Shown: piece after piece, positions 12,245-24,369 of the stretch
Position numbering within the stretch: position 1 is the stretch's first letter
Layout: every line of letters starts with the position of its first letter
Notes under the pieces: generated by a model
Seen by the model: the letters and a program-made list of their open reading frames with translations, nothing else
The model's database searches: none
What the model was told of the DNA's origin: nothing
Translations under genes and position numbers: made by a program
Assembly (NCBI GenBank): GCA_030390025.1
Contig: CM059431.1
Coordinates: 147,996,001-148,060,000 of the forward strand
DNA length: 64,000 bases
Source of the DNA: Squalus acanthias
Lineage: Eukaryota
Direction of reading: 5' to 3'

Positions 12245-13093
12245 CCTGGGAGGTACAGCACGGGTTAGATACAGAGTAATGCTCCCTCTACACTGTCCCA
12301 TCAAACACTCCCAGGGCAGGTACAGCACGGGTTAGATACAGAGTAAATCTCCCTCCACACTGTCCCATCACACACTCCCAGGGCAGGTACAGCACGGGTT
12401 AGATACAGAGCAAATGCCCCTCTACACTTTCCCATCAAACACTCCCAGGGCAGGTACAGCACAGATTAGATAGAGAGTAAGGCTCACTCTACACAGTCCC
12501 AAACATTCCCAGGTAGTTACAGCACGGGTTAGATACAGAGGTAAGGTCTCTCTACACTGTCCCATCAATCACTCCCAGGGCAGGTACAGCACTGGTTAGA
12601 CACAGAGTAAATCTCCCTCTGCACTGTCCCATCAAACACTCCCAGGGCAGGTACAGCACAGATTAGATACAGAGTAAAGCTCCCTCTACACTGTCCCATC
12701 AAACAAAACCAGGGCAGGTACAGCATGTGTTAGATACAGAGTAAAGCTCCCTCTACTCTGTCCCATCAAACACTCCCGGGGCAGGTACAGCACGGGTTAG
12801 ATACAGATTAAAGCTCCCTCGACACTATCCCATCAAACACTCCCAGGGCAGGTACAGCACGGGTTAGATACAGAGGTAAGCTCCCTCTACACTGTCCCAT
12901 CAAACACTCCCGGGGCAGGTAAAGCACAGGGTTAGATGCAGAGTAAAGTTCCCACTACACTGTTCCATCTAACACTCCCAGGGCAGGTACAGCACTGGTT
13001 CGATGCAGAGTAAAGTTCCTTCTACACTGTCCCAACAAACACTCCCGGGGCAGGTACAGCACGGGTTAGATACAGAGTAAAGCTCCCTCTACA
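12245..13093. repeat. 67-bp minisatellite (~12-13 units)
   Basis: Unit CAGGGCAGGTACAGCACGGGTTAGATACAGAGTAAAGCTCCCTCTACACTGTCCCATCAAACACTCC (12312, 12379, ...). Confidence 0.95.
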
Positions 13094-13445
13094 CTGATCC
13101 CATTCCTTTAATTCACTCGGATCTGATCCCATTATTTAATTCACTCGGATCTGATCCTAGTCCTTTAATTCACTCGGATCTGATCGCATTCCATTAATTC
13201 ATTGCGATTTCATCACAAATCTTTAATTCAGAAGAATCTGAACCCATTCCTTTAATCAACTGGGTTATTATCCCAATCCTTTATTTCATGGGATCCGATC
13301 CCATTCCTTTAATTCACCGGGATCCGACCACATTCCTTTAATTCACTAGAATCGACCTCATTCCTTTAATTAACTGGGATCCGACCACATTCCTTTAATT
13401 TACTGGGATTGAGTCCCAATCCTTTAATTCACTGGGTTCGGACAC
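13094..13445. repeat. 29-bp minisatellite (~12 units)
   Basis: Unit CTGATCCCATTCCTTTAATTCACTCGGAT (13094, 13123, ...). Confidence 0.92.
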
Positions 13446-16400
13446 CATCCCACTGTCCCCCCACTCAGCCTCGCCTACTCACACTCACCCTGTCCCTCCC
13501 AGACTCCCCCACCCTGCCCCTCATCCTCTCCCCCACACAAACCCTCCGACTCTCCTTACACAGCCTCTCCCACTCTCTCCCACCCAACCCCTCCCACTAA
13601 AACCCCATCCAGCCCCTCCCACTCTCGCTCACACAGCCCATGCCACTCTAACCCCACCCAGACACTCCCACTCTCCCCTACCCAACACAACCCACTCTCC
13701 CCCACCCAGCCATTCCCACTCTTCCCCACCCAGCCCCTGCCACTCTAACCCCACACAGACACTCCCACTCTCCCCTACCCAACACCACCCACTCCAACCC
13801 AAAACAGCCCCTCCCTCTCTCCCCCTCACTGTCGCTCCCACTCTACCACCACGCAGGACCTCCCAATCTCCTCCATCCAGCCCTTCCAACTCGAATACCA
13901 ACCAGCCCCTCCCACTCCAAGCCCACCCAGCCCTACACACTCCAAACCCAACCAACAACTTCCCACTTTCCCCCACCCAGCCCCTCCCACTCTTCCCCAC
14001 CCAACCCCTTCCACTCTCCCCCACCCAGACCCTCCCACGCGCCCCAGCCCAAACCCTCCCACTCTCCGCACACCCAGCCTCTCCAACTCTCCCCCACGCA
14101 TGCCTACCACTATAACCCAACGCAGCGCCTTCCACTCCAACACCACAAAGTCCCTACAACTCTCTCCTACCCAGCACCTCCCACTCTCCCCCACCCAGCT
14201 CCTCCCACTCTTCCCCACCCAGCCCATCCCACTCTCCCCCACCCAGCCCCTCCCACACAAACCCTGCCCAGCCCCTAAACTCCATCCCCACATAGTCCCT
14301 CCCACTCTCACCCCACCCAGCACCTCCAACTCTCCCCCACCCAGCACCTCCCACTCTCTCCCACCCAGCACCTCCCACTCTCCCCCACCCAGCCCAACCC
14401 ACTCTTTCTCCACCCAGCCCCTCCCACTCTCACCCCACCCAGCACCTCCTACTATAATAAATAATAATAACGCATGGATGAACTACAACAATTGTACATC
14501 CCGGTCTGGCGTAAAAATAAAAAAGGGAAGGTGGCTCAACCATGGCTAACAAGGGAAATCAGGGATAGTATTAAAACCAAGGAAGTTGCATACAAATTGG
14601 CCAGAAGTAGCAGCAAACCCGGGGACTGGGAGAACTTCAAAACTCAGCAAAGGAGGACGAAGGGTTTGATTAGGGCAGGGAAAATAAAATATGAAAGGAA
14701 GCTTGCAGAGAACATTAAAATGGACTGCAAAAGCTTCTATAAATATGTAAAAAGAAAGAGGTTAGTAAAAACAAACGTAGGTCCCCTGCAGTCGGAAACA
14801 GGGCAAGTCGTAATGGGGAACAAGGAAATGGCAGATCAATTGAACAAGTACTTTGGTTCGGTGTTTACTGTGGAGGACACACACAACCTGCCGGAAATAA
14901 AAGGGGTCAGAGGATCTGGTAAGAGGGAGGAGCTGAGGGAAATCCTTATTAGTCGGGAAAAGGTATTGGGGAAATTGATGGGACTGAAGGCTGAAAAATC
15001 CCCGGGGCCTGATGGTCTGCATCCCAGAGTACTTAAGGAGGTGGCCTTGGAAATAGTGGATGCATTGACGATCATTTTCCAACATTCCTTAGACTCTGGA
15101 TCAGTTCCGATGGAGTGGAGGGTGGCCAATGTAACCCCTCTTTTTAAAAAGGAGGGAGGGAGAAAGCAGGGAATTATAGACCGGTCAGCCTGACATCGGT
15201 CGTGGGTAAAATGATGGAAGCAATTATTAAAGATGTCATAACAGACCATTTGGAAAGTGGCGACATGATAGGTCCAAGTCAGCATGGATTTGTGAAAGGG
15301 AAATCATGCTTGACAAATCTTCTGGAATTTTTTGAGGATGTTTCCAATAGGGTGGACAGGGGGGAACCAGTAGATGTGGTGTATTTGGACTTTCAGAAGG
15401 CCTTCGACAAGGTCCCAGACAAGAGATTGGTGAGCAAAGTTAAAGCACATGGGATTGGGGGTAATGTGTTGACGTGGATTGAGAACTGGTTGGCACACAG
15501 GAAACAAAGAGTAGGAGTAAATGGGTACTTTTCAGAATGGCAGGCAGTGACCAGCGGGGTACCGCAGGGTTCGGTGCTGGGACCCCAGCTGTTTACATTA
15601 TATATTAATGATTTGGACGAAGGGATTAAATGTAATATCTCCAAATTTGCGGATGACACTAAATTGGGAGGCAGTGTGAACAATGAGGAGGATGCTAGGA
15701 GGCTACAGAGTGACTTGGACAGGTTGGGTGAATGGGCAAATGTATGGCAGATGAAGTACAATGTGGATAAATGTGAGGTTATCCACTTTGGTGATAAAAA
15801 TAGAGAGGCAGACTATTACCTGAATGGTGGCAGATTAGGGAAAGGGGACGTGCAACGAGACCTGGGCGTCATGGTACATCAGTCACTGAAGGTGGGAATG
15901 CAAGTGCAGCAGGCAGTCAAGAAAGCAAACGGAATGATGGCCTTCATAGTAAGGGGATTTGAGTACAGGAGTAGGGAGGTGATGCTGCAGTTGTACAGGG
16001 CCTTGGTGAGGCCACACCTGGAGTATTGTGCGCAGTTTTGGTCTCCTAACTTAAGGAAGGACATTCTTGCTATTGAGGGAGTGCAGCGAAGGTTCACTAG
16101 ATTGATTCCTGGGATGGCCGGACTGACATATCAAGAAAGATTGGGTCAACTGAACTTGTATCCTCTGGAGTTCAGAAGAATGAGGGGGGATCTTATAGAG
16201 ACATTTAAAATCCTGACTGGTTTAGACAAATTAGATGCGGGCAGAATGTTCCCAATGTTAGGGAAAACTAGAACCAGGGGTCACAGTCTAAGGATTAAGG
16301 GGAAGCCATTTAAGACTGAGCCGAGGAGGAACTTCTTCACCCAGAGAGTGGTGAATCTATGGAATTCTCTTCCACAGAAGTTTGTTGAGGCCAGTTCGCT

Positions 16401-19400
16401 AAATATGTTCAAAAGGGAGTTAGATATAACACTCACAACTAGGGGGTTAAGGGGTATGGCGAGAAAGCAGGAATGGGGTACTGAGGTAGCATGTTCAGCC
16501 ATGAACGCATTGAATGGCGGTGCAGGCTCGAAGGACCGAATGGTCTACTCCTGTATCTATTTTCTATGTTTCTATGTTTCTATGTTTCTAAAACACAGTT
16601 CCCCCCACTCTCCCAACACAGAGACTCTGCTACACTAAACCCCACCTTGCCCCTGCCACTTTCACCCAAAGCAGTCTCTCCCAATCGCCCAACACATAGA
16701 AACTCGTGCACTAACACCACCCAGCCCCTCCCATTCTCACCCACCAGTCCCTTCCGTTCTAACCACACCCAGCCCCTCCTAATATAACCAAAGCAGACGC
16801 TCCCACTAACCACCCACCCAGTCACTCCCACTCTCCCCCCACACAGACCCTCCCACTCTAACACCACACAGTACATCCCACACTCCCCCCAGCCAGCTCC
16901 TCCCACTCTACCCCAACCAGCCACTCTCACTCTCCCCCCACACAGTCCCTCCACTCTCCCCCCACCCATCCCATACAAATCTCCCGCACACATCCCCTCC
17001 CCACTCTAACCCCAAACAGCACCTTCAATTCTCCCCCCATCCAGCTCCTCCCACTCTCCCCCCACCCATCCAATACCACTCTAAACCAAGCTAGCCACTC
17101 TCACTCTCCCCACATCCAGCCCCTTCAACTCTCCCGCCAACCAGATCCTCCCACTCCAACCCCACTCGGACCTCCCACTCTTCCTAACCCAGCCCCTCCT
17201 ACTCACCTGCCAATCAGCCCCTCCCACTCTCGCCCCAACAGCCCCTCCCACTGCAACGTCACCCTGCCTCACCCACTCATCCCCACCCAGCCCCTCCCAC
17301 TCTCCCCCACCCAGTCCCACCCACTCTTCCTCACCCAGCCCCTCCCACTCCAACACCAACTAGCCCCACACTCTTCAACCACACAATGCCCCTCCAACAC
17401 CAACCCCATACAGACCCTCCCACTCTAACCCCACGCAGCCCCTCCCACTTCAACCCCACCCAGCCCCTCCTAATCCAAACCCACCCAAACCCTCCCACTT
17501 TCCCGACCCATCCCCTCCCACTCTCCCCTACACAGCCCCTCCCACACTTCCCACCCAGTCACCCGCACTCTCCCAAAACCAATCCCCCCAATCTCCCCCA
17601 CCCAGCCCATTCCACTCTCCACTACCCAGCCACCCCCACTCTCCCCCACCCAGCCCTTCCCACTCTTCCTACCCAGCCCCTCCCACTCTCCCCTCATTCC
17701 CTGCCACTCTTTCCCACCCAGCACCTCCCACACTTCCCACACAAAACCGCCTCCACTCCAACCCCAACCGGCCCCTCCCACTCCCCCCCCCCCACCCAGC
17801 CCCTTGCACCACAACCCCACACAAACCCTCCCACTCTAACCCCACGCAGCTCCTCCCAATTCAGCCCAACACAGCTCCTTCCATTCTACCCCACCCAGGC
17901 TCTTAAAATCTTCCCCACCAAGTCACTCCTGCTCTCCCCCACCCAGCTCCTCCTACGCTTTACCACCCAGCCCCTCCCACATTCCCCCATCCAGCCATCC
18001 CACTCTTTGCCACCCAGCCGCTTGCAATCTAACCCCACACTGCCCCTTCCACTCCAACATCACCTAGCCTCCCCACTTCAAGCACACCCAGCATCTCCCA
18101 CCACAATCCCACATAGACCCACACACTCTACACCCATGCAGCCCCACCCACTCCAACACCACCCACTCTAACCCCAAGCTGCCCCTCCCAATCCAACCCC
18201 ACCCAAACCCTCCCACTCTCCACACCCAGCCCCTCCCACTCTTCCGTACCCAGCCCCTCCCACTCTCCCCATCCAGTCTCCCCAATCTCCCCCACGCATC
18301 CACTCCCATTCTCCCTAACCCAGCCCTTCCACTCTCCCACACCCAGCCCTTCCCACGCTTTCCCACCCAGCCCCTCCCAGTTTCCTCCAGCCAGCCCCTC
18401 CCACTCTTCCCACAGCCAGCCCCTCCCACTCCAACCCAACAAAATCTCTCCCACTCTAACCACACGCAGCCCCTCCCAATTCTGCCCCACACAGCCACTT
18501 CCACTATTCCCTTCCCAGCCTCAACAACACTTCCACAACGAGCCCGTCCCACTCTCCCCAACCCAGCTCATCCCACGCATCCCCACGCAGCTCCTCCCAC
18601 TTTCCCCCACCCAGCCCCTCCCACTCTTCACCACCCAGTCCTTGCAATCTAACAGCACCCTGCACTGTCCACTCCAACACCACCTAGGCACCACACTTCA
18701 AACACACCCAGCCTCTCCCACTCCTACCACACACAGACCCTCCCACCCCAACCCCACAGAGACCCTCCCACTCTAACCCCACCCAGCCCCACCCACTCCA
18801 AACCCACGCAGCCACTTCCAGTCCAACCAAACACAAAACCCTCCCACTCTCCCCCACCCAGCCCAACCCACCCTCCCCGACCCAGCCCCTCCCTTACACA
18901 CCCCACCCAAACCCTCCCACTCTCCCCCACCCAGTCTCACCCACTCTTCCCCATTCAGCCGCTGGCACTCCAACTCCACCCAGCCCCAACCACTTAAACC
19001 CCACCCAGCCCCACCCACTCTCCACTAATCTAGCCCCTCCAACTCTCCTCAACCCATCCGCTTCCACTCACCCCACCCAGCCCCTTCCACTCTAAACTCA
19101 CCCATCACCTACCACTCTCCCCACCCAACCCCTCACACTCTCTCCCCACCCAGCCCATCCCACTCTCCCCCAACCCAGCCCATCCCAGTCTAACCCTACA
19201 CAAACCCTCCCAATCTCCCCCACCCTGTACCTTCCACTCTCCCCCACCCAGCACCTTCCACTCTAACAAAACCCAGCCGCTCCCACTCAACCCCCGCCCT
19301 GCCACTTCAAATCTAACCACACCTCGCCCCTCCCAATCAACCCCCACCCAGCCACTCCCACTATAACCCCATCCAGTCCCTTCCAACCTCCCCCCCTTCC

Positions 19401-19475
19401 CACGTTCTCCCAATCAGCCTCTCCCATTTTTACCCCATACTCAGCTCCTCCCACTCTCCCACACCCTGCCCACAC
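13446..19475. repeat. C-rich degenerate minisatellite, split by the CR1 at 14470-16590
   Basis: CCCCACCCAGCCCCTCCCACTCT-like units on both sides of the LINE. Confidence 0.93.
14470..16590 (+). mobile_element. Young 5'-truncated CR1/HER1 LINE
   Basis: ORFs 14474-15193 and 15202-16638 form an RT broken by a frameshift near 15150; SKFADDTK; (TTTCTATG)n tail. Confidence 0.93.
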
Positions 19476-19611
19476 ATGCTCTGACCGACGTCAGTTAAGT
19501 TTCCAGTTCTTGAGCCATTATATCTGCACAGTCACGACAGCGGATTTAAATTTACTCACTCTGTTCCTCCACGGAATGATGTCGGTGGAACTACAGGTCT
19601 AAACAAACCTG

Positions 19612-22600
19612 TAGAAATAATAGGGTAATAATAACAGTGGATTTCAACTTCCCCAATATTTACTGGGATAGTCAGAGTGTGGAAGGCTTAGAGGGTGCGG
19701 AATTCTTAAAGTGCATCCAGGAGAGCTTTTTGAGCCAGCGTGTAGAAAGTCATACAACAGAGGGGGCGGTACTGGACCTAATTCTAGGGAATGTAGCCGG
19801 GCAAGTGGTAGAAGTGTTAGTAGGAGAGCATTTTGGTGACAGTGACCATAATTCGGTGAGATTTAAGGTAGTCATGGAAAAGGACAACGATGGACCGGAA
19901 ATAAAGTTTCCAAATTGGGGGAAGGCCGATTTTAATATGCTAAGGCAGGATCTGGCCAAAAAGGCCTGGGTTCAGCTACTTGTAGGAAAATCCACATCAG
20001 AGCAGTGGTAGTCTTTCAGAAAGGAAATAGAGAGAGTACAATGCCAACATGTTCCCATAAAGGTCAAGGGTGGGACCAACAAGCCCAGAGAACCCTGGAT
20101 GTCAAGGGATATACGAGAATTGATTAGGAAAAAAAGGGAGGCTTTTGGCAGATACAAAGGACTAAAAACAGTGGAAACCCTAGAGGAGAATAGAAAGTGC
20201 AGGGGGTACTTAAAAAAGAAATTAGGAGAGCGAAGAGGGGGCATTGAAATAACACTGGTGAACAAAATAAAGGAAAATACCAAGGTGTTTTATAAGTATA
20301 TTAAGGGCAAGAGGGTAACCAGGGAAAGATTAGGGCACATTAGGGACCAAAGTGGCAATCTGTGTGTGGAGCCAGAAAATGTAGATGGGGTTTTAAAAGA
20401 ATATTTTGCATATGTGTTCACTATGGAGAAGGACGATGTAGGCATAGAAATCAGGCAGGGGGATTGTGATATACTTGAACAAATTAGTTTGAGAGGGAGG
20501 AGGTACTCGCGGTTTTAGCGGGCTTAAAAGTGGATAAATCCCCAAGACAAGACGAGATGTATCCCAGGCTGCTGCGTGAGGAAAGGGAGGAGACTGCAGG
20601 CGCTCTGACACAAATTTTCAGAACCTCTCTGGCCACAGGAGAGGTGCCAGAGGACTGGAGAACAGCTAACGTAGTACCATTGTTCAAGAAGGGTAGTAGG
20701 GATAAACCAGGGAATTACAGGCCACTGAGCCTAACATCAGTGGTAGGGAAATTATTGGAGAAAATTCTGAGGGGCAGAATTAGTCTCCACTTGGACAGGC
20801 AAGGATTAATCAAGGATAGTCAGCATGGCTTTGTGTCGGCTTCGCAAAATCCCCCAGAAACTCGAACAGAGCCCTAAAGGGAGTGATTTTTGGACCTTTC
20901 ATACAAACTTGGGATGATGGGACCTAAGTGAAGTGATTTGATGTAAAAACCTCAGTTTTGGAAAGATCAGGGAAAAGAATCCCTAGGAAACTGACTTTTG
21001 AATCTTACTGTTCGGAGAGACACCTTTCACAGACACAAGACAAGCTGCGGAGGGGCGTGGCCAGGCAGTGAACAGATTTGGGTATTGGGGCCCAATCAAG
21101 CTGTCTGGGAATTGTTTACACTGCAAATCCTACCAAGGTGGAAGAGACAAAGCAAAAACTCACACACACATCGAAATATGAATAAAGCAAGAACCCTATT
21201 GAAATCCCCAGGTCCAAACAGGAGATTGGAAATCTAAAACGATTTTGACAATAAAACTTCCAGCACACAGTTTCATAGCCCATTAACCCATCAAAATCCC
21301 ATCAACCAGGTATCCATAGAACTGATTTAAAAACCCACCAAAAGACCTAGGACAATAGGGTGAAGATTTGGCCCGTAGATAAGGCTGTGTTTAAATCGGG
21401 AAACGATCAAGTCATATTTAACACTGAGCTAAAGCCATCGGAACTGGCAAGCCCGCCAAAACTAGCAAGGTTCATTTGTAACCAAAAGGAATCCGTTTTA
21501 GTAAGGGTTTTTTTGGGCGCGAGAAAGAAACAGTATAATTGAAAGCCTGTCCCATAACTTCTCTCTCTTTCGGACTCGCTGACTACACGGACACAGCTGT
21601 CTCCATGCTCCAGCAAAAACCACCACAAGCCACGAGGAGGAAGGCCAGAAAACAGACCAGCACGCAAGAAGAAACCAAAGCGACTGCCTCAGTGACCATC
21701 GGACACCTCGCAGCAACAAGGGCCTTACGGAGTCTTTTAAACAAAAGACTCAAAAATCTTGTCAAGGATTCGTTTGTGAGCATTATCCCCGATCTCCTGC
21801 GACCAAAAACCTAGCTAGATAGTGGGATCTTCGGGAGGGATAAGGTTTTGTTTGATATATTGTCATTGTCCCTCGCTTGTACCGCATGCTCCCCAATCTG
21901 TGTTTAAGTAATAAGTATGTTTCAAGTTTGTTACATTTTACATTTAATAAAGTAAAATTCTTTCATCAGATCCTGTCGTCTACTGCAATTTTGTACACAA
22001 CCCCTAAATAAGTCCAAAGTCTAGGAACCAGAGGGGTGTGGGAGCGATTCGAACCGTTCACTGAGTCAGAAAGCGAAGGCTGACCCCATTACCACCCCCC
22101 TTACATTTGTCAGGGGGAGATCATGTCTGACCAATTTGATTTAATTTTTCGAGGGGGTGACTAGGTATGCGGATGAGGGTAGTGCAGTTGATGTGGTCTA
22201 CATGGACTTCAGTAAGGCTTTTGACAAAGTCCTGCATGGGAGACTGGTCAAGAAGGTAAAAGCCCATGGGATCCAGGGCAACTTGGCACATTGGATCCAA
22301 AATTGGCTTAGTGGCAGGAGGCAGAGGGTGATGGTGGAAGGTTGTTTTTGTGACTAGAAGCCTGTGTCCAGTGGTGTACCGCAGGGATCGGTGCTGGGTC
22401 CTTTTGCTGTTTGTAGTGTACATTAATGATTTAGATATGAATGTAGGAGGTGTGATCAGTAAGTTTGCAGATGACACGAAAATTGGTGGGGTGGTAAATA
22501 ACGAGGAGGGAAGCCTTAGCCTACAGGACGATATAGAGGGGTTGGTCAGATGGGCAGAACAGTGGCAAATGGAATTTAACACTGAAAACTGTGAGGTGAT

Positions 22601-23385
22601 ACATTTTGGGAAGACTAACAAAGCAAGGGAATATACAATGAATGGTAGGACCCTATGAAGGACAGAGGATCAGAGGGACCTTGGTGTGCATGTACATATG
22701 TCCCTGAAGGCAGCAGGGCTGGTAGATAAGGTGGTTAAAAGGCATATGTTATACATGCCTTCATTAGCCGAGGCATAGAATAAAGAGGAGGGAGGTTATG
22801 ATGGAGATGTACAAAACGCTAGCTAGGCCACAGCTGGAATACTGTGTGCAGTTCTGGTCGCCACACTATAGGAAGGATGTGATTGCATTGCAGAGGGTGC
22901 AGAGTAGATTCACCAGGATGTTACCTGGGCTGGTGCCCTTCAGCTATGAAGAGAGACTGGACAGGCTGGGTTGTTTTCCTTAGAGCAGAGAAGGCTGATG
23001 GGGGGCCTGATTGAGGTGTACAAAATTATGAGAGGCATAGATAGGGTAGATAGAAAGGAATTTTTCCCCTTAATAGAGGGGTCAATAACCAGGGTGCATA
23101 GTTTCAAGGTAAGGGGCAGGAGGTTCAGAGGGAATTTGAGGAAAAACTTTTTCACCCAGAAGGTCGTTGTAATCTGGAACTCACTGCCTGAAAGGGTGGT
23201 AGAGGCAGGAACCCTCACAACATTCAAGAAGCATTTAGATGAGCACTTGAAACGCCAAAGCACACAAGGCTACGGACCAAGTACTGGAAAATGGGATTAG
23301 AATAGACAGAGCTTGATGGCCGGTGAGGACATGATGGGCCGAAGGGCCTCTTTCTGTGCTGCATAACACTATGACTCTATGACTC
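19612..23385 (+). mobile_element. Decayed CR1 LINE interrupted by a solo LTR
   Basis: Endonuclease remnants (DFNFPNI, LDLIL, GDSDHN) and RT fragments. SQHGFV...RSCLTNL is split by the LTR. (ATGACTCT)n tail. Confidence 0.9.
20834..22105 (+). mobile_element. Solo LTR, family 1, 1272 bp
   Basis: TG...CA ends, 4-bp TSD TTTG (20830-20833, 22106-22109), AATAAA at 21946; removing it restores the CR1 RT sequence. Confidence 0.88.
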
Positions 23386-23902
23386 TGATCCAAGCCACAT
23401 GCTGCACTGTTACTACCCTCACCACTCACTGTAATACTGATATACCTCGCACCACTCACTGTTGCCACTGCCACTTTAATCCCATGGGCTTCAACTTTGG
23501 TAATATATGGTACTTTATCAAGCAACTTTTGAAAGGATAAGGAAATTGGGTAAGCGTGAGTAGTATCAATCATAAAACCATAGAATTGGTGAGACAAGTT
23601 GTGTTGACAAATTGTTTGGCAGACGATGACGATCCGCTCTGATCACAGGTCTCGCCTGGTTTCAATCAGTGAATTTCAAAATCAGTGATTTTAATCCCAT
23701 TTTATTATTTATATTTCTTTGTTCTCAGGATATGGGTGACGCTGTCAAGAGCTGAATTACTTGCCCATCCCTAGTTACCCATAAGCAATTGCTGGGCCTT
23801 CATCTTGAGCCGCTGCAGTCCGTGTGGTGAAGGTGTTACTGTTACCGAAGGAATTGCAGGCTTTTGTCACAGTGCCGATGAAGGAACGGCGATATATTTG
23901 AA

Positions 23903-24315
23903 GGCTACAGTAGCATAGTGGTTATGTTGCTGGACAAGTAAATAAGTTGCCGGGACGAATAATCCTGAGTTCAAATCCCACCAGCTGGGGAATTTAAATA
24001 CAATTCATCAAACAAATCTGGAAAAAAGATTGAGTCAGTAGTGGTGACCATGAAACTACCGGATTGTCGTAAAAACACATCTGGTTCATTATTGTCCTTT
24101 ACGAGAAGGATATCTGCCGTCCTTATATATTGTGTCCGAAATGTGACTCCAGACCCACAGCAATGTCGTTGTCTCTTCGCTGCCCTCTGAAATTGCCAAG
24201 CAAGCCACTCAGTTGCATAAGGTGGCTCACCACCACCTTCTCCGGGACAATTATGGATGGACAATAAATGGTGGCCTTGCCAGCGACATCCACATCCGAA
24301 GAATGAATAAAAAAA
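23903..24315 (+). mobile_element. tRNA-derived SINE sharing its 3' tail with the adjacent LINE family
   Basis: A-box-like TAGCATAGTGG, B-box-like GAGTTCAAATCC, tail GGCTCACCACCACCTTCTC...GAATGAATAAAAAAA. Paralog at about 55685-56865 (-), split by a MITE. Confidence 0.75.
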
Positions 24316-24369
24316 TGATTTATTAGTGGTCATAATGATTTATAAAGGGTTATAATGTAATATTTTATT

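Noticed and set aside
12245..13445. CRISPR-like regular repeats (also 42410-43095 and 43640-44300)
   Set aside because: Head-to-tail units without unique spacers, no cas genes, vertebrate context.
14470..16638. Active autonomous LINE
   Set aside because: 5'-truncated and frameshifted; no LINE in the window has intact ORF1 plus ORF2.
21407..21814. Short ORFs inside solo LTR 1 as viral accessory genes
   Set aside because: Under 100 aa, mostly non-ATG starts, no recognisable motif, and no second copy here to test conservation.
23903..23985. tRNA gene
   Set aside because: A/B boxes run into a SINE body and tail; no cloverleaf.
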